Shown one piece after another: positions 11,028 to 23,100 of a DNA stretch of 64,000 bases. The stretch lies in NCBI GenBank assembly GCA_047967505.1, contig CM106538.1, one strand, 5' to 3'. The DNA is from Dipteris shenzhenensis (taxonomy: Eukaryota). Made by a program: the position numbers and the translations under genes. Below the pieces are notes generated by a model. It did not search any database and had not been told where the DNA came from. It worked only from the letters and a program-made list of their open reading frames with translations. Position 1 is the first letter of the stretch; the number at the start of each line of letters is the position of its first letter.

Positions 11028-12749
11028 GCCATTGTACAGCCTCTGCAAGGCCCTTCCTTGGCACCTGGATTCCATAGCTTTGTGCTGCCCACATGACAGC
11101 TCATGTGCTGCCCATGTGGCAGCCCCATTCTCTCCAGGTCTACCCCCCCCATGCTCTCCTCATATGGGGGCTCACAGATGGGGAGGTGACCTTTCCAACA
11201 CAATATCCTTTATTGTACCTCTACATGAGAGAAATCTTTTTCCATTACATCTTTAAATTCACTCAAAGTTTCTTTTCTTGGTTTGCCTCTAAATGATGTA
11301 TAATATGTAAGTTCCATTACCTTTGTTATTTTTTGCCGATTGAGCCAGGTGCACATTGAGAAGATTTCCTTGTGTGCAGTTTTGATAAATATTTTGAAGC
11401 TTCAACTTGATTTTAGTTAACCACGTAGCTGTACTAGAGACATATCAAATGGAGGTCCTCCAGTTCTTATTTTTCTTGTTTGCAATGATGAAAGGGTTGT
11501 ATTTTGCCTTGAAATGGGAAGTTCTTACTGTAATGAGGGCAATAGAGGTAGTACTAAAAGCATAACAGATGGGTCGCACCTTTTAACTTTAATTTTGTGA
11601 TTGTGGTGAGAGGTTAAGTGTTATGCGTACCCTAGCTAGTATATTGGAAAATGCCTAAGGGTCAATATAGTACTTTGCTACTTTTTAAAAGGCTTGTATT
11701 AATTGTTTAACTTTCTTATGGTCAATTGTGATTTTGTTTTTTCCCATTGAGAGAGAGTACTTTGTGCATACTAGCCTTGGGATGGATTTGGATGCTTCTT
11801 GGAAGAAATAGGTATATAGCTATGTGGTCAATATCTAGGTTGAGCAAGTTGCAATATTGTTTTTATACTTGGAGCAACCAGCAATGTTTATGCAAAGTTG
11901 TGCATTGTTTGTAAGTCAGTACTCGAAGACGCAAAACCTTTAGAAAAAAACGAAATTTTCATGCCTACTAGCTTTAGTCATAGTTTTATAATTTTTTACC
12001 CTATAGGTTATATAGGTGAATTTTAGAGGCTTAGATGTGACTGTGTGGTATGGGACTCATAGCCTTATAGGGGTGCATGTTTGGGTTGCATGCCTTGGAA
12101 GGAAAGTGACTTTGGCTTTAGTAACTATTGGAAATCTGTACCTTTCACCTTTAGTTGTGTCATGCAAGCTAGAATGGTACTTTCTAAAGGTTCTTTTCTT
12201 AGGGATCCAACCCTTTTAGGAAAGCTCTAAAAGGAAGGAAAAGTTTTGGCTTGTATGCCATGCCTTTTCCATGCGTCCTAGTCCTTCATGCAGCCCAAAT
12301 GCATCACTTTTCACACACTTTGCACGGCTTAATTCAGCCTCTACTTGAGCCTTCTTCCCATGCCCATAAGTGTCATATCTCCAGGACTTCAGAGATATTA
12401 CTGCAAAGTTTCGTGACTTCAATCAATAGAATTGCACTTATTCTTTGTGAACAATTTACCTAAGGATTATCAAAATGTAAATTCAAAGGAATAAGCTCCA
12501 ATCCATTTTGCGAAGACTTGTGACAGTATTATGGACACAAGGATACATGATCTTCACCGGCCACAAAGAATGACAAGCTAAAAGAAAAACAAGCGAAATA
12601 ACTGCTGAGCCCCTAACTCCAAGTCTGAAAAAGCTAACTTCAACAAGCAGATGTTGGGGCCTCTTGTGAAGAAGGGTAGTACTGATTCTCCAACATAGGA
12701 GAAAACCCGAGCCAAGAGAATCTGCTGCGAGTGTGGCAAGCGTGGTCAG

Positions 12750-14290
12750 ATGTTTAATGCTTGTATGTTGAACCATTCCAAAGGTAAAGGAAAAGCTGCT
12801 GTCCACTTCATAGAATCATGTACGCCAAGTAATCCTTATTGTGGGAAATGTCATTTTAACGTCTATGTGCTTGGACACCATGATTTAATCTGCATGGTGG
12901 GTTATGTCAAGGGACATTCACTTCACATGTTAGTTGACAATGGTAGTACTAACAAATTTATTGACGCTTCTCTTGTACATAATTTGAAAATCCCCACCTT
13001 TTTCAGTAGCCATTGCTATGTCGTTAATCTCGCGTATGGAGCGAGAGAATGTTGGGAAGAATTGGTTCGAGATCTTCGGATGGAGATTCAGGATTACTCG
13101 AAAGATTTATCTTTTCATGTAATGAGATTAGATAGAGTAGACCTCTTGATTGGGATGGAGTGGTTCTTTGCTAAGAACCCTTCTGTAAATATTGACTACA
13201 TGAATCATGTAATACAATTTCAAGTTAATGAAAAATTGTCTACTGATCAAGGGGATCTTAGTGAACTGATGGTAAAGATGGCGTCTCAAGTTGATTTAAA
13301 TTTACACGTGTTCAATGATCAATACTATTGTGGTGCTTTGAAAACTTATAAGTTATTGCAATGTTGAGATAGTGATGCTTTCTGTTGTGTAGAAAAATCT
13401 GAATTGTATTATGATTAGTGTGAGCTCTTGTAGTGAGGAATCACTTGAGACTCAATTGATACGTGATACTTTGTATGCGTGTTCAGACGTGTTTCCAAAG
13501 GAACTTTCCACGGGCTCACCTCTTGTTGATGGGCTGATCGAACTTGTGCTTGATGCGTGGCCTGCGTTCAGGCAGCCGTATAGGACGAGTTCGACCGAGG
13601 AGGATGAAATTGCACGGCTATCTCCGGCTGGGTCAAATGAGAGCTAGCAAGTCACCTTGGAGTGCACCAGTGCTACTGGTAAAGAAGAAAGAGTCGGGTA
13701 TGCGTCTATGTGTAGACTACAAGGGTCTTAATGCTTGATGTTTAAGAACAATATCTGTTACCTTGGATGGATAATCTCATCGATTAGCTCTAGGGAGCTA
13801 AATATTTTACTAAGATCGATTGAGAACGGCTATCTCTAGATGCGATATTTGAGAAAGATGTCTTTAAGACTGCGTTTCACCCAGATTAGGTCATTATGAG
13901 TTTTTGGTGTTACCATTTGGACTCACTAATGCACCAGCAGCCTTTCAACAGATGATGAACTATTTATTTCGTCCATACTTGGGAAAGTTCGTAGTGATCT
14001 TTCTTAATGACATCTTGATTTATAGCAAGACTCTCTTTATGCATGGAGATGGATAGTGCTGTCCGTACTTAGAAAAGAGAAGCTCTATGCTAAGGACAAC
14101 ATTTGTGAGTTCTTAAAACATGAACTCACGTACCTTGGACATGTCATTTCGATAAATGGTGTCCGTATTGACTATGATGAAGTCAGGAAGGTATGTACTT
14201 TGAGAACGATTAGCGAGGTTAAATCCTTACTAGGATTTGTGAACTTCTTTAAGACTCACTTCTATGCTAAGATAGCATTATCTCTGACTT
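12750..14290 (+). mobile_element. Ty3/Gypsy pol fragment (protease plus RT), degenerate
   Basis: Aspartic protease MLVDNGSTNKFID...DLLIGMEWF. RT motifs [49 protein letters not shown] and FLNDILIYS. Contains stops and frameshifts. Confidence 0.9.
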
Positions 14291-14294
14291 GTCC

Positions 14295-14530
14295 AAAGAG
14301 GTGGAGGTCGATCAAACCTCCTCTGATCTTCTGTGGGAGCGACATAAGTAATGACAGTAGAATGTTGAGTGGTAGTGAAAGATGCACTAGAGCTAGGTGC
14401 ACCAGGTCTAGTCTCATCCCCATTCACTATGTCCCATAAGCCCTTTCCAACCAAGATATTCTTGAGTGCAAATGACCACAAATCATAGTTGGGTCCATCC
14501 AACTTATCTGTCTCAGTCATGGTAGAGGCA
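14295..14530 (-). mobile_element. Copia gag N-terminal fragment
   Basis: TDKLDGPNYDLWSFALKNILVGKGLWDIVNGDETRP is the KLxGxNYxxW...LWxxVxG gag N-terminal motif. Confidence 0.85.
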
Positions 14531-16080
14531 TGGTTGCAAGCTCAAGAATAATGTGTACCTGCAAAGGAAAGGAAAGCAAATGGACAACTGAAAGACCACT
14601 GACTGCTATGCAATCACTGCAATCACACTCATGCTTGTACACCCACTTTTAATTTTTTCCTGAAAAAGGAAATATCACACCTCTGGTAGAGTAGGCAAAT
14701 GCTTTTTAATAATGTTTTTAAGGAGAAATGATTTCTCGAAGGAGATTGCACGACGCTTAAAATAGCTATTTCCCATAGGCTACATGTGCAGACTTTGCAA
14801 CTTAAATAGGTCTTGTGACTTATTTAATGGATTCAAAGACTTTTGTCCTATTTGACTTCTAATTTAATTTTTGAGAGTTCTCTTTGTTTGTTGCAATCGC
14901 TGATGAGATGGTAGAGCAAACACACAAATGCCTTTATAGCTACTAGTTCATGTCATGTTCACTCGAGCTCAGTAAAAGAAAACACCCCGACAACACTTTG
15001 AACATTGCAAAGCCAGACAGGTTAAACATGTTTCTGTCAAATTGTGGCAGGGGAAGTCTTGTTTGCTTGGTAATTTAGCTCAGAATAAAATGACATGCCT
15101 TGTTTTCATGGTTAACTCTCTTAGTTTGTTCTTACTTCAAGGATGCTCACATGTGTCTCCACAAACTGTGAGACAGAATTATTCTCAAAACTTTAACGTG
15201 GGTGATGGTTGTTGTGAATGAGCAATTATTGAGGTCAACTACGTCCAAACCCAGTTCTAGAATTTAATGAATCCCCTTCCCAGTTCTGTTTCAATTACTC
15301 CCCTTGCTTTGAAGGGAGCCTTGTGACAGAAAATTTGTTACTCTTATGGTAGAGGGAATTCTTATCCACCTTGGAGCAGATCCAGAGGATCTTGTCTACT
15401 GCTTGATGATAGATAATGCGACATACATCTTCACAAAGGCATCTCTAGATGTTACCATAAGTACTTACTATAGTCGATTGGCATTGTTCCATACCAGAGG
15501 GGGTTGCATTAGGCAGCGACTAGTTGTGAATGGGCTGTTTTTGGTTGGTTGTAACTGAGAGCGAAGGGGGAAGCTCTCTGGTTTTACCTATGACTGAATT
15601 TTTTGTATGTTTAATTCAGTCACTGGGATGTTAGTGAAGTGGTTTCAGTAGAAGTGCTACGGCATTCCAAATTAATTTTAATAAGAGCACTCTAAACAAT
15701 CTAGCCTTACTTTTGTAGATGCGTTAATTGGCGATACCGATTGTGAGCTACAGTTTGGAAAGCAGAAAATGTGACCAGAACTTAGTAGGTGCCACTGGAT
15801 CATTAGAATCAATTTGCCTTCCTTGTCTCAGTGTCCAGCATAGATTGGTTGTTCATTGATGTTTAAAAGGGACCTGCTAATGGAAGCAGTGAGTTGCTGG
15901 ACTTTTATCTTGGATTGCATATCAGGCTGCTGTCTTTTGTCCCTCCTTGTTTCCCTCCCTATTTCTGTTTTTAAAACTTTTCATTGGCTTTTGCCGTCAG
16001 ATGTTTTCTTCCACTATTGCATGTGTCAGTTTCTTTATTTGACTGTTGCTAAAGCAATGTTATGTTTGGGTATCTTGCAG

Positions 16081-16207
16081 GAAGGATCTCTTTGTTAGTG
16101 TTGAGGATTCTCTTAGACAAAAAATTCCTAAAGAGTTGAAAGAATACTTGGTGGAGCGTTTGCAAGCTCATTTTGCAGCCAAAAGTACCGAGTCAGAAGA
16201 AAAATGA
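16081..16207 (+). CDS. UBP25: UBP25-like protease, terminal exon
   Basis: Acceptor tatcttgcag|G. The phase-2 join gives (R)KDLFVSVEDSLRQKIPKELKEYLVERLQAHFAAKSTESEEK* (TGA 16205-16207), resembling the recalled plant UBP25 C-terminus (..LKSQIPEELKADLVNRI..). Confidence 0.85.
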
Positions 16208-16449
16208 AGGAGATTGTTCGTCAATACAGTTTCTGTTGAATTTGAACTTTTCCGGAGGCTTCGGACTGGTAAAATTGTTTTCCCACATAGTTTTTTACTA
16301 TTATCATTTTCTTTCTTTTGGCAAGGGTGGGGTATTATTGGTTTTGATGTATAACTCTTTCCATTGCAGGAGGCATTTGGACTTCTTGGGCTGGTTTTGG
16401 ATTACACCTGGATTTCCTAAGTGAGATGGTAAACCCATTTTGTCTTTCA

Positions 16450-19000
16450 AGTACTCATGTTGTATTCTCCATAAATAAAGGGTAAATGACCATCAAGAAA
16501 TAGGTGAAAGTGCTCATTATATCAGAGCACTGTTGGGAGATATACCGTTTTGTGATGTCTTGCTGCAAGATGAATTTAAAGCATGGATAATGACAGAGAT
16601 GGTTAGGTTCTGGATTTTGACATCGTGGTTTAAGACGATTGGTACTGCATATCTCGAGTTTTCCCATCTGATCTCAGGACTGTTCTGCTGGTGGGGTAGA
16701 CTATTGCGTGGTCCTTGCAATGGGATTATGAGGTCTTCTTTAAGCTTGTTGTGCACAGGCATCAAATTTTTCTCATGTTTATTTATTGCAAACCAAAATA
16801 TTGTTTGGTTTATTCTTAGATTGTTTCTGTGTTCATTGAGAGTGATAGGTAGGAGCAAAACCTGGCTTCCTCTCTAAGGATGTATAACAGGTTAAAGGCA
16901 GACTGGTCATTTACTGTCCGCAGGTGGTGGCCTTAAGTCTTTGAAGGTGCATGTGGTGAAGCAACTGGTTGTAGATATTAGAGCCCCTACATGGATCCGA
17001 AAAGGATTTGAGGTGCCCAGGAACAGTGTTTTAGAGTTTAGCAGGAGGGAAATTGTATGGTTGACCATAGTGGCATTAGATCCAAAGGCAGTACTGAGAT
17101 ATAATTTAGCAATTTCCATACGATGCCTTGCCTAAAATTTTATGGGTTAAGACTCTGCAAGCATACTTTCGTGATGGATTGACAGGCTGAATTGGAGTCT
17201 GGGTCATCGTCTTGTGGATACAGAAGCTCTGCTTTTTAGGAAAGGTTTTCTATGCAACATGATATGCTTGGAAGCCTTTGATGGAGTATATGAGCTAAAC
17301 GTATATTTGTTCAAATAGTCTATGTGATGCATTATGTCCAAATTCTTGCCAGAGACTCAGATGAGAGGCAAGGGTGCTTTCCCTTGTCTGTTCCTCAAGG
17401 ATTATCTCTACAAAATTGTAGTACATCAGGTTGTGTTTTGCTTGTTCCTCGGGAAAGATTCATGTAAAGGATTGAAAAACATCCCGGAAAGAGATCTGGG
17501 GTGATTTGTGTGAATAAGATGACTTATGTGCAGGTAAAATTTATGTTCTTCCATTATGGGTGTTACCTGGTTGATTTGGGTGAAGAGGATGAGGTCTATG
17601 CAGGTAAAATTTATGATCTTCCATCCATGGGCAATTTTTACAGGATCGTACATTGTCAAAGACGTAGTCACAGAAGAGGCAAGAGGAGAAGCTGCTTCCA
17701 GCTGTGGGATATGTCTGTACGTAAGGTAGCTCTTTGCAGGGAAGACGAGTTACAAAAGTGACATTAGTAGTGGATGGTCACGTGGGACATTTAGGCAATG
17801 GTTCAAGGGGTGTAATATGGATGTGCAAGATGCATATGTATCAGAGAAAAGGATGTGAACTGTAGCAGCCAGTGCTACGGTTCCTGATCACTGGGGGTTA
17901 GCGTTTGATCGAGGTTAAAGAGGATAGGAAGCACAATTGTGTCTGCCCAGAAGTCAGGACAGGGCATTTCTTTGATCTACTGTGAATTTTGTCAAGGTAC
18001 AGCAGAAGATGAGGAATGGAGTCCGGCTAGAATTGCTCTTCTTTCCAATGCCTTATCTTTCTCTAAGATAAGATAAGCAAATATCTTTTGGGATGCAGTA
18101 TTAGACTTAGTTCTTTTTTTACTAACAGTCCTGTAAACGAGTTTCTGATGGTGCGAGAAATGATTGTTTTTGAAACACTGTTTTTCCATCCTTTATGGTA
18201 TCTGAGCTGAGTCGAGAGCTTGAGTTGTCTAACTGAAGTCTGAATACTTTGGGATACGGCTTTGATTCAAGACAACGACCAGGTTAAAATCGTGAACCTT
18301 CTGTGATCCCATATATAAACTGTCACATATGTCAGTCAGTGTTTGCAGTTATTTCATTTAAGATCAAGGATTTGTTTTCTTGAAGGATGCAAGTATCTGG
18401 AAGATTTTGTCTGCTTCAGTTTGTAGCAGTGCAGATACGGCACCTGCTTTGAGTTGTTCTGCACAAGTCAGAGATTTCTTCGTGTTTAGAGTTGTGAGTG
18501 ACTCCAGGGTAGCCATAGATATTTGTAATTCTGAAAGCAAGACCAAGAGTTTTGTGACATATCTACAGCCCATGTCCAGCTTTGGATTAACTTTTTTGAG
18601 TGAATCTCTGAGCAGGTGGTAGGTTGTTGTGGTCTTGAATGCTTTATCTTTGTTGTGTTTCAAATATGTGAGTTTTGTATTGAGGTGGTCTATGTAAGGG
18701 CTCAAAATTGGACATAAGGCTATGTGGGATGTTCGAGTGAGGTACTATCCAGATATGGTTGAAAGAAGATATGTGTGAAAGAAGATGTTTTCTGCGGTTG
18801 ACCAAATTTGAGCAGCAAAGTGGGTGAGCTACTTCAATGAACCTATGGATAACTGCTCCATGGTGAACCGCCACAATTGGTTCTGTAGTATGGCAGTCCC
18901 CTAGTACTCCAGTTCACTCAATGTTGTATGATCACAGAAACTTCTTTTGACTACCTGGTGAACATGCGCTAGATTTGTTTACCACTGTTTGGAGGTGAAG
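16450..19000 (-). mobile_element. decayed L1-type LINE ORF2 remnant immediately 3' of the UBP gene
   Basis: Fragmented minus-strand frames carry degenerate EN/RT-like motifs in the expected order (LGDC, cf. GDFN, at ~18900; SNPFRIHVG, cf. F-x-I-x-RG, at ~17000; AINKHEK, cf. IN-x-x-KS). Heavily mutated. Confidence 0.4.
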
Positions 19001-19592
19001 GGCAGCTGTTTTTTGCTGTAATTTTCAATGATTTACTTCTAGTGAAGCTATACAGGAAGCATTAGAGGTGTGATCTAACTTCATTGTTTGCTGGTTGTAG
19101 TAAATACTATAGGTCCCACATGCTGACTTTTGCGTGGCATTTCTATATAAAGGAACCAATAGTGCTTTCCGTTACATGCCTTCTGTTTGTGTGGAAGGTG
19201 TACTAGCTTGAGTTTGATCTCTAAATTGATACATACATACATGCTCGAGCTCATCTGGATTTTAATTTTATAAGGGTTACAACCTCTGGGGAACGTTTTG
19301 CGGTCTGCTTACTTCAAAGGATACAATGTTGGGGATGTTGGGCCAGTCAGTAGCTTTTGAATCTTAACTACAGCTTAGCTTATCGCTACATCAGGCTCCG
19401 AATATTCCTTAAAACTAATTAAAAGCCTGAGTTGTTATCCGCTTTTTAAACCTGAGGCGGCTTCTACAGGTGCTCAGGTTTTGAGCTTGAGGACTCTTTT
19501 AGTCCCTGATGAAATATTGTAATTTGCAGTTCAGGATAACTAAAGCATTTAATTGGCTGTGGATTGAGGTCTCTTGAAAGTAAAGATCACAG

Positions 19593-19593
<1 letters not shown>

Positions 19594-19628
<35 letters not shown>
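19594..19628. repeat. (TC)n microsatellite
   Basis: Perfect TC run. Confidence 0.95.
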
Positions 19629-19630
<2 letters not shown>

Positions 19631-20121
19631 GCTCGTCAAGGAGGTGTGATTTTGAATTGGCAGTCTAGCTCTAGTCTATGGCCCCACCCTCTTTCCATTT
19701 TCAAATGAGGTCTTGCGGTGACAAATATGATAGAGTCAATGATATTCTTAGCTATGCTTTTTGGAATTTGAGGGAATGAAATCAGGGCATTCAAGATTGG
19801 CTTGCTTTCATAGGATGAAACCTTGCTTGACCATGAGGCTAAATATGCAAATATTTAAGTAGTGTTGAGATACTGGTTTGTGAATGGTAATGCCATATGT
19901 CTTAACTTTTTGCCACTTTACAAGCTAAAGAGTTTTGATTGTGAGTGGTGTATTTTCTCGTTGACTATTGTGAATAAATTCATACCTTAAGAGATTAAGG
20001 ATAACTTTGCAACTCTCACGATCTAATTGTTAAATTGAATGACAAGTGTTGAGCTTGTTCACAATGTTCATTTAATCTAGGGTTCTTATGAGGTTGTTGC
20101 ACTATGAATCAAAACTGTAAT

Positions 20122-20282
20122 ATAGTTATATGCGAGAAAATGGGCTATTGATCGTAAGGAAAGGCGTGAGCAATTTTACGGAAGATTAGGCTAGAGGTCA
20201 TAGTTATATGCGAGAAAATGGGCTATTGATCATAAGGAAAGACATGAACAAATTAAAGGAAGATTAGGCTAGAGGTCATAGT
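20122..20282. repeat. two-copy ~78-bp tandem repeat
   Basis: atagttatatgcgagaaaatgggctattgatc...ggaagattaggctagaggtc occurs twice. Confidence 0.85.
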
Positions 20283-20538
20283 CCATAAAAGGTTAGTGGC
20301 TTGTAATTAATAAGTTCCTACACGTTCAATTGTTTCTAATCTTGCAACAAAGAGAAAATATGCTTGAGATTTGTGGGTGAATATAGGGATATTTGAGGAC
20401 TACGGTTTACCCCATCAACTTAGAATGCAAAGCTTGAATAAAGGGATATTTGAGGACTAGGGCTTACCCTTTCAACTTAGAATGCAACCTATCATACATT
20501 GCCGGAGCTACATGAAGCAAGCAATTACAAGGGCTTTC

Positions 20539-20586
<48 letters not shown>

Positions 20587-20704
20587 TTCACAACCAATGA
20601 ATAAAAAATAAAATGAACTTGCTTTCTTTACACTATATAACCCCAATGTTGCCCCCCCTCCTCTCAAAACCTCCTCCTTCCCCAAACCCCTCTCCAACAC
20701 ACAT

Positions 20705-20767
<63 letters not shown>

Positions 20768-20828
20768 TACATATAACCACACATGAGTGCACTCACGTAT
20801 GTGTGTTTGTGTATTTGTATATATGTAA

Positions 20829-20902
<74 letters not shown>

Positions 20903-20930
20903 TTTGTTTGGGGGGGGGGAGGGGGGGGGA
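20539..20930. repeat. compound microsatellite cluster (AT, GT, CT, CA, GA, poly-G)
   Basis: Directly visible runs. Confidence 0.95.
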
Positions 20931-21199
20931 TAACACACGAGCACACATGGATGTGATTCATCTTTTCTATTTTGTATCATACATAAGTAATTGGCACTAG
21001 CCTTAAGAGTATCACTTTCAAAAGGTTCACTTGCAATCATGATTGCATGGTTATTAAGTTTCATGTGGCAACATTGTAGTTATTGAACATCTCTCCATTG
21101 ATATGGTTTTAGCCCTAAAGTTGTAATGACATTGCATAGGAGACTATTTTTTACTTTTGTTTGATGGAAGAATAACTAATATAAAAAATGACTAAAAGT

Positions 21200-23100
21200 A
21201 AAAGGACAAAAGCACCTCATTTGAAAATGATTAAGCAAAGGGAGGTTGTTTGTGTAGCTAGTTTAATGTGCCCAAAGTTATGAAGTGCTTGTGCTTATCT
21301 AATATATGACTTATAGTTCTTAAGAAAATTTCAATTGTTGGAGAATACACGTGTAGTGAGTTCAATAAGAAGCATGTCAGTATTTGTTGTTTGTCATGTT
21401 ATGTACTTTTACCTTTTAGTTGCCGTATAGTTACTATCCTTCGAACAATCTTCCATATGAAAGGTGTTATGATTCTTCTTAGCTCACAATTTCATACATT
21501 TCATCTATGATAAGTTTAAGCCAAGTACTATCGAGACAACAAGAAAGGGTTTCTTTTACCCTCAATCTCTTGGATTCTTCATTCCTTGTGGGGCAATGAA
21601 ATGAAATAGCACACAAGGAATATTTGAATCAAGTCCATGTTTTGTTCTTTAAGATATGCCTACATTTTCCTAAGTAACTCTTGGAAAATCACACTTCAAA
21701 ACCTTTATGAGCTTGACCTCATTTAAGTTTTCTTCTATCAACAATGAGTGTATTATCGTAGTCCTTAGTTCCTTAGTGGATGAGAGCCCTAACAAAGACT
21801 TAGGTATCAAATGGCAACTCCATGCATTGTGACTATTCATGAGACTTCAAAACATTGACGAATGGGCAATGGTTCCCCTAGCAACAATTCTCGATACCTA
21901 GAGTTGCATTTACCATGCCTCATGATCTTGCTCTTATAATTAAACATAAATTTACACACGATGACAATGTTCGCATCTAGTCTAATGAAGTGCAACATCA
22001 CAAATACCAATATGTAGAATTGTCTCACAATAACATGTAGACTTGTTAATTTGCAAGAAAAAATGTTACACAATTAATCATATGTGTTGTTCATGGGTAG
22101 GTGGTGTTGGTGAAAGCTGGTATTCTATGGTGCCAAATTTAGCAAGGTTACAAATTCTATGGTGCCAAATTTAGCAAAGTTGGTATTCTTGTTGCCAAAT
22201 TTAGCATCGTCACCAATTTCGTGGCAATTGACCCATCGATCCCTTTATTGGGACTTAAAGCCTATTGTTGGTGGTTGGAACTATCGAAAGGCCAACTGGA
22301 TGATGCAAAGTGTCATCTTTTTGCATGGCATGCAAAAGTGTTGTAGCAACGTAAAAATGTAAAGGTATTGAGCTTAATGGAAGCTTTTATTTCTATGCGT
22401 GTGCCTTTATAAATTAAGAGGCCTTCGGCATTTTCTTTGCTTTTGGAGTCACTATCTTGTAAAGGAGGCTTGCCTATGGGAGTCTTCTTTGCTTGTGACA
22501 CATGTAACTAGTTTGATTGAAGCAATGTGTTGTGTGAAATAGGTTAGAAACACTTCCATTTAGTTAATGGTTGAAATTGTGGTTGGTTGCTGTTATAGCT
22601 AAAATCATTGTCATTTTTCTTGCTTGGGGCATGAGCTATGTGTAAAGCTTTGATGAAGGTGGGGGGGGGGGGGGGGGCGGGGGGGAGGGGTAGGGGGAGG
22701 AGTTGGCTTATGTAAGCACATAGTGTCAATGTACATGAGGGAGAATGATACCATTGTAAAGTTATTGGTCAACAGGTTTGACCTTATTATTGGTCAACAT
22801 GAGTGGCCTTACTATCATAGCAAGCAAAGTTAAAAGGTATTTAGTGGTGATTGAGAGAGATTCATCATTATTATTTTTCCCCAGAGAAAAGAACATTCCA
22901 TTGATAAACTCCTTTAGTATTGCAAACATAAAGGAGAAAATAGCTCCCCGATGGAGGGTAAAAAGTAAAAATACAATGATGTCCCCTTGGATAGTCGAGA
23001 GATGGGATGTTTTGAAGCATCCCTATCTAGATTTAAGCACGTGGTATGTGCTTGTAAATATAATCAGCTTTGCATGACTATTATTATTGAGGGAGAGAGA
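21200..23100 (+). mobile_element. degenerate Mutator-like (MULE) transposase of the SWIM-associated type
   Basis: Broken frames give, in order: KGGCLCS-F-V (~21238), FFYQQ (~21729), LGIKWQL (~21800), DEW-NG-P (~21858), CHLFAWHAK (~22311), TSLIEA (~22507) and GWLL (~22581). These parallel recalled motifs KRGCxCxF, FFY, LGIQTxWQL, FD...PVAW, CxWH, AIExYH and DWLV of plant SWIM/MULE proteins. Confidence 0.5.

Larger units (their letters stand above)
5745..11200 (-). mobile_element. Ty1/Copia LTR retrotransposon, non-autonomous (pol largely deleted), intact ends
   Basis: TG...CA LTRs at 5745-6896 and 9232-11200. 5-bp TSD CAATA at 5740-5744 and 11201-11205. tRNA-Met PBS (tggtatcagagc on minus) at 9220-9231 and PPT (gagaggggg on minus) beside 6897. 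Internal gag has CCHC knuckles plus an integrase C-terminal remnant (FIGY). Confidence 0.95.
9232..11200 (-). repeat. 5' LTR of Copia element (interrupted by two insertions)
   Basis: TGTTAGAAATG...TTCCAACA adjacent to the PBS. Matches the 3' LTR once 9862-10318 and 10481-11027 are removed. Confidence 0.92.

Noticed and set aside
20464-21064. ORFs rich in HTHT/CVCV/ERER/SLSL (also at ~25000 and ~56200)
   Set aside because: These are translations of microsatellites.
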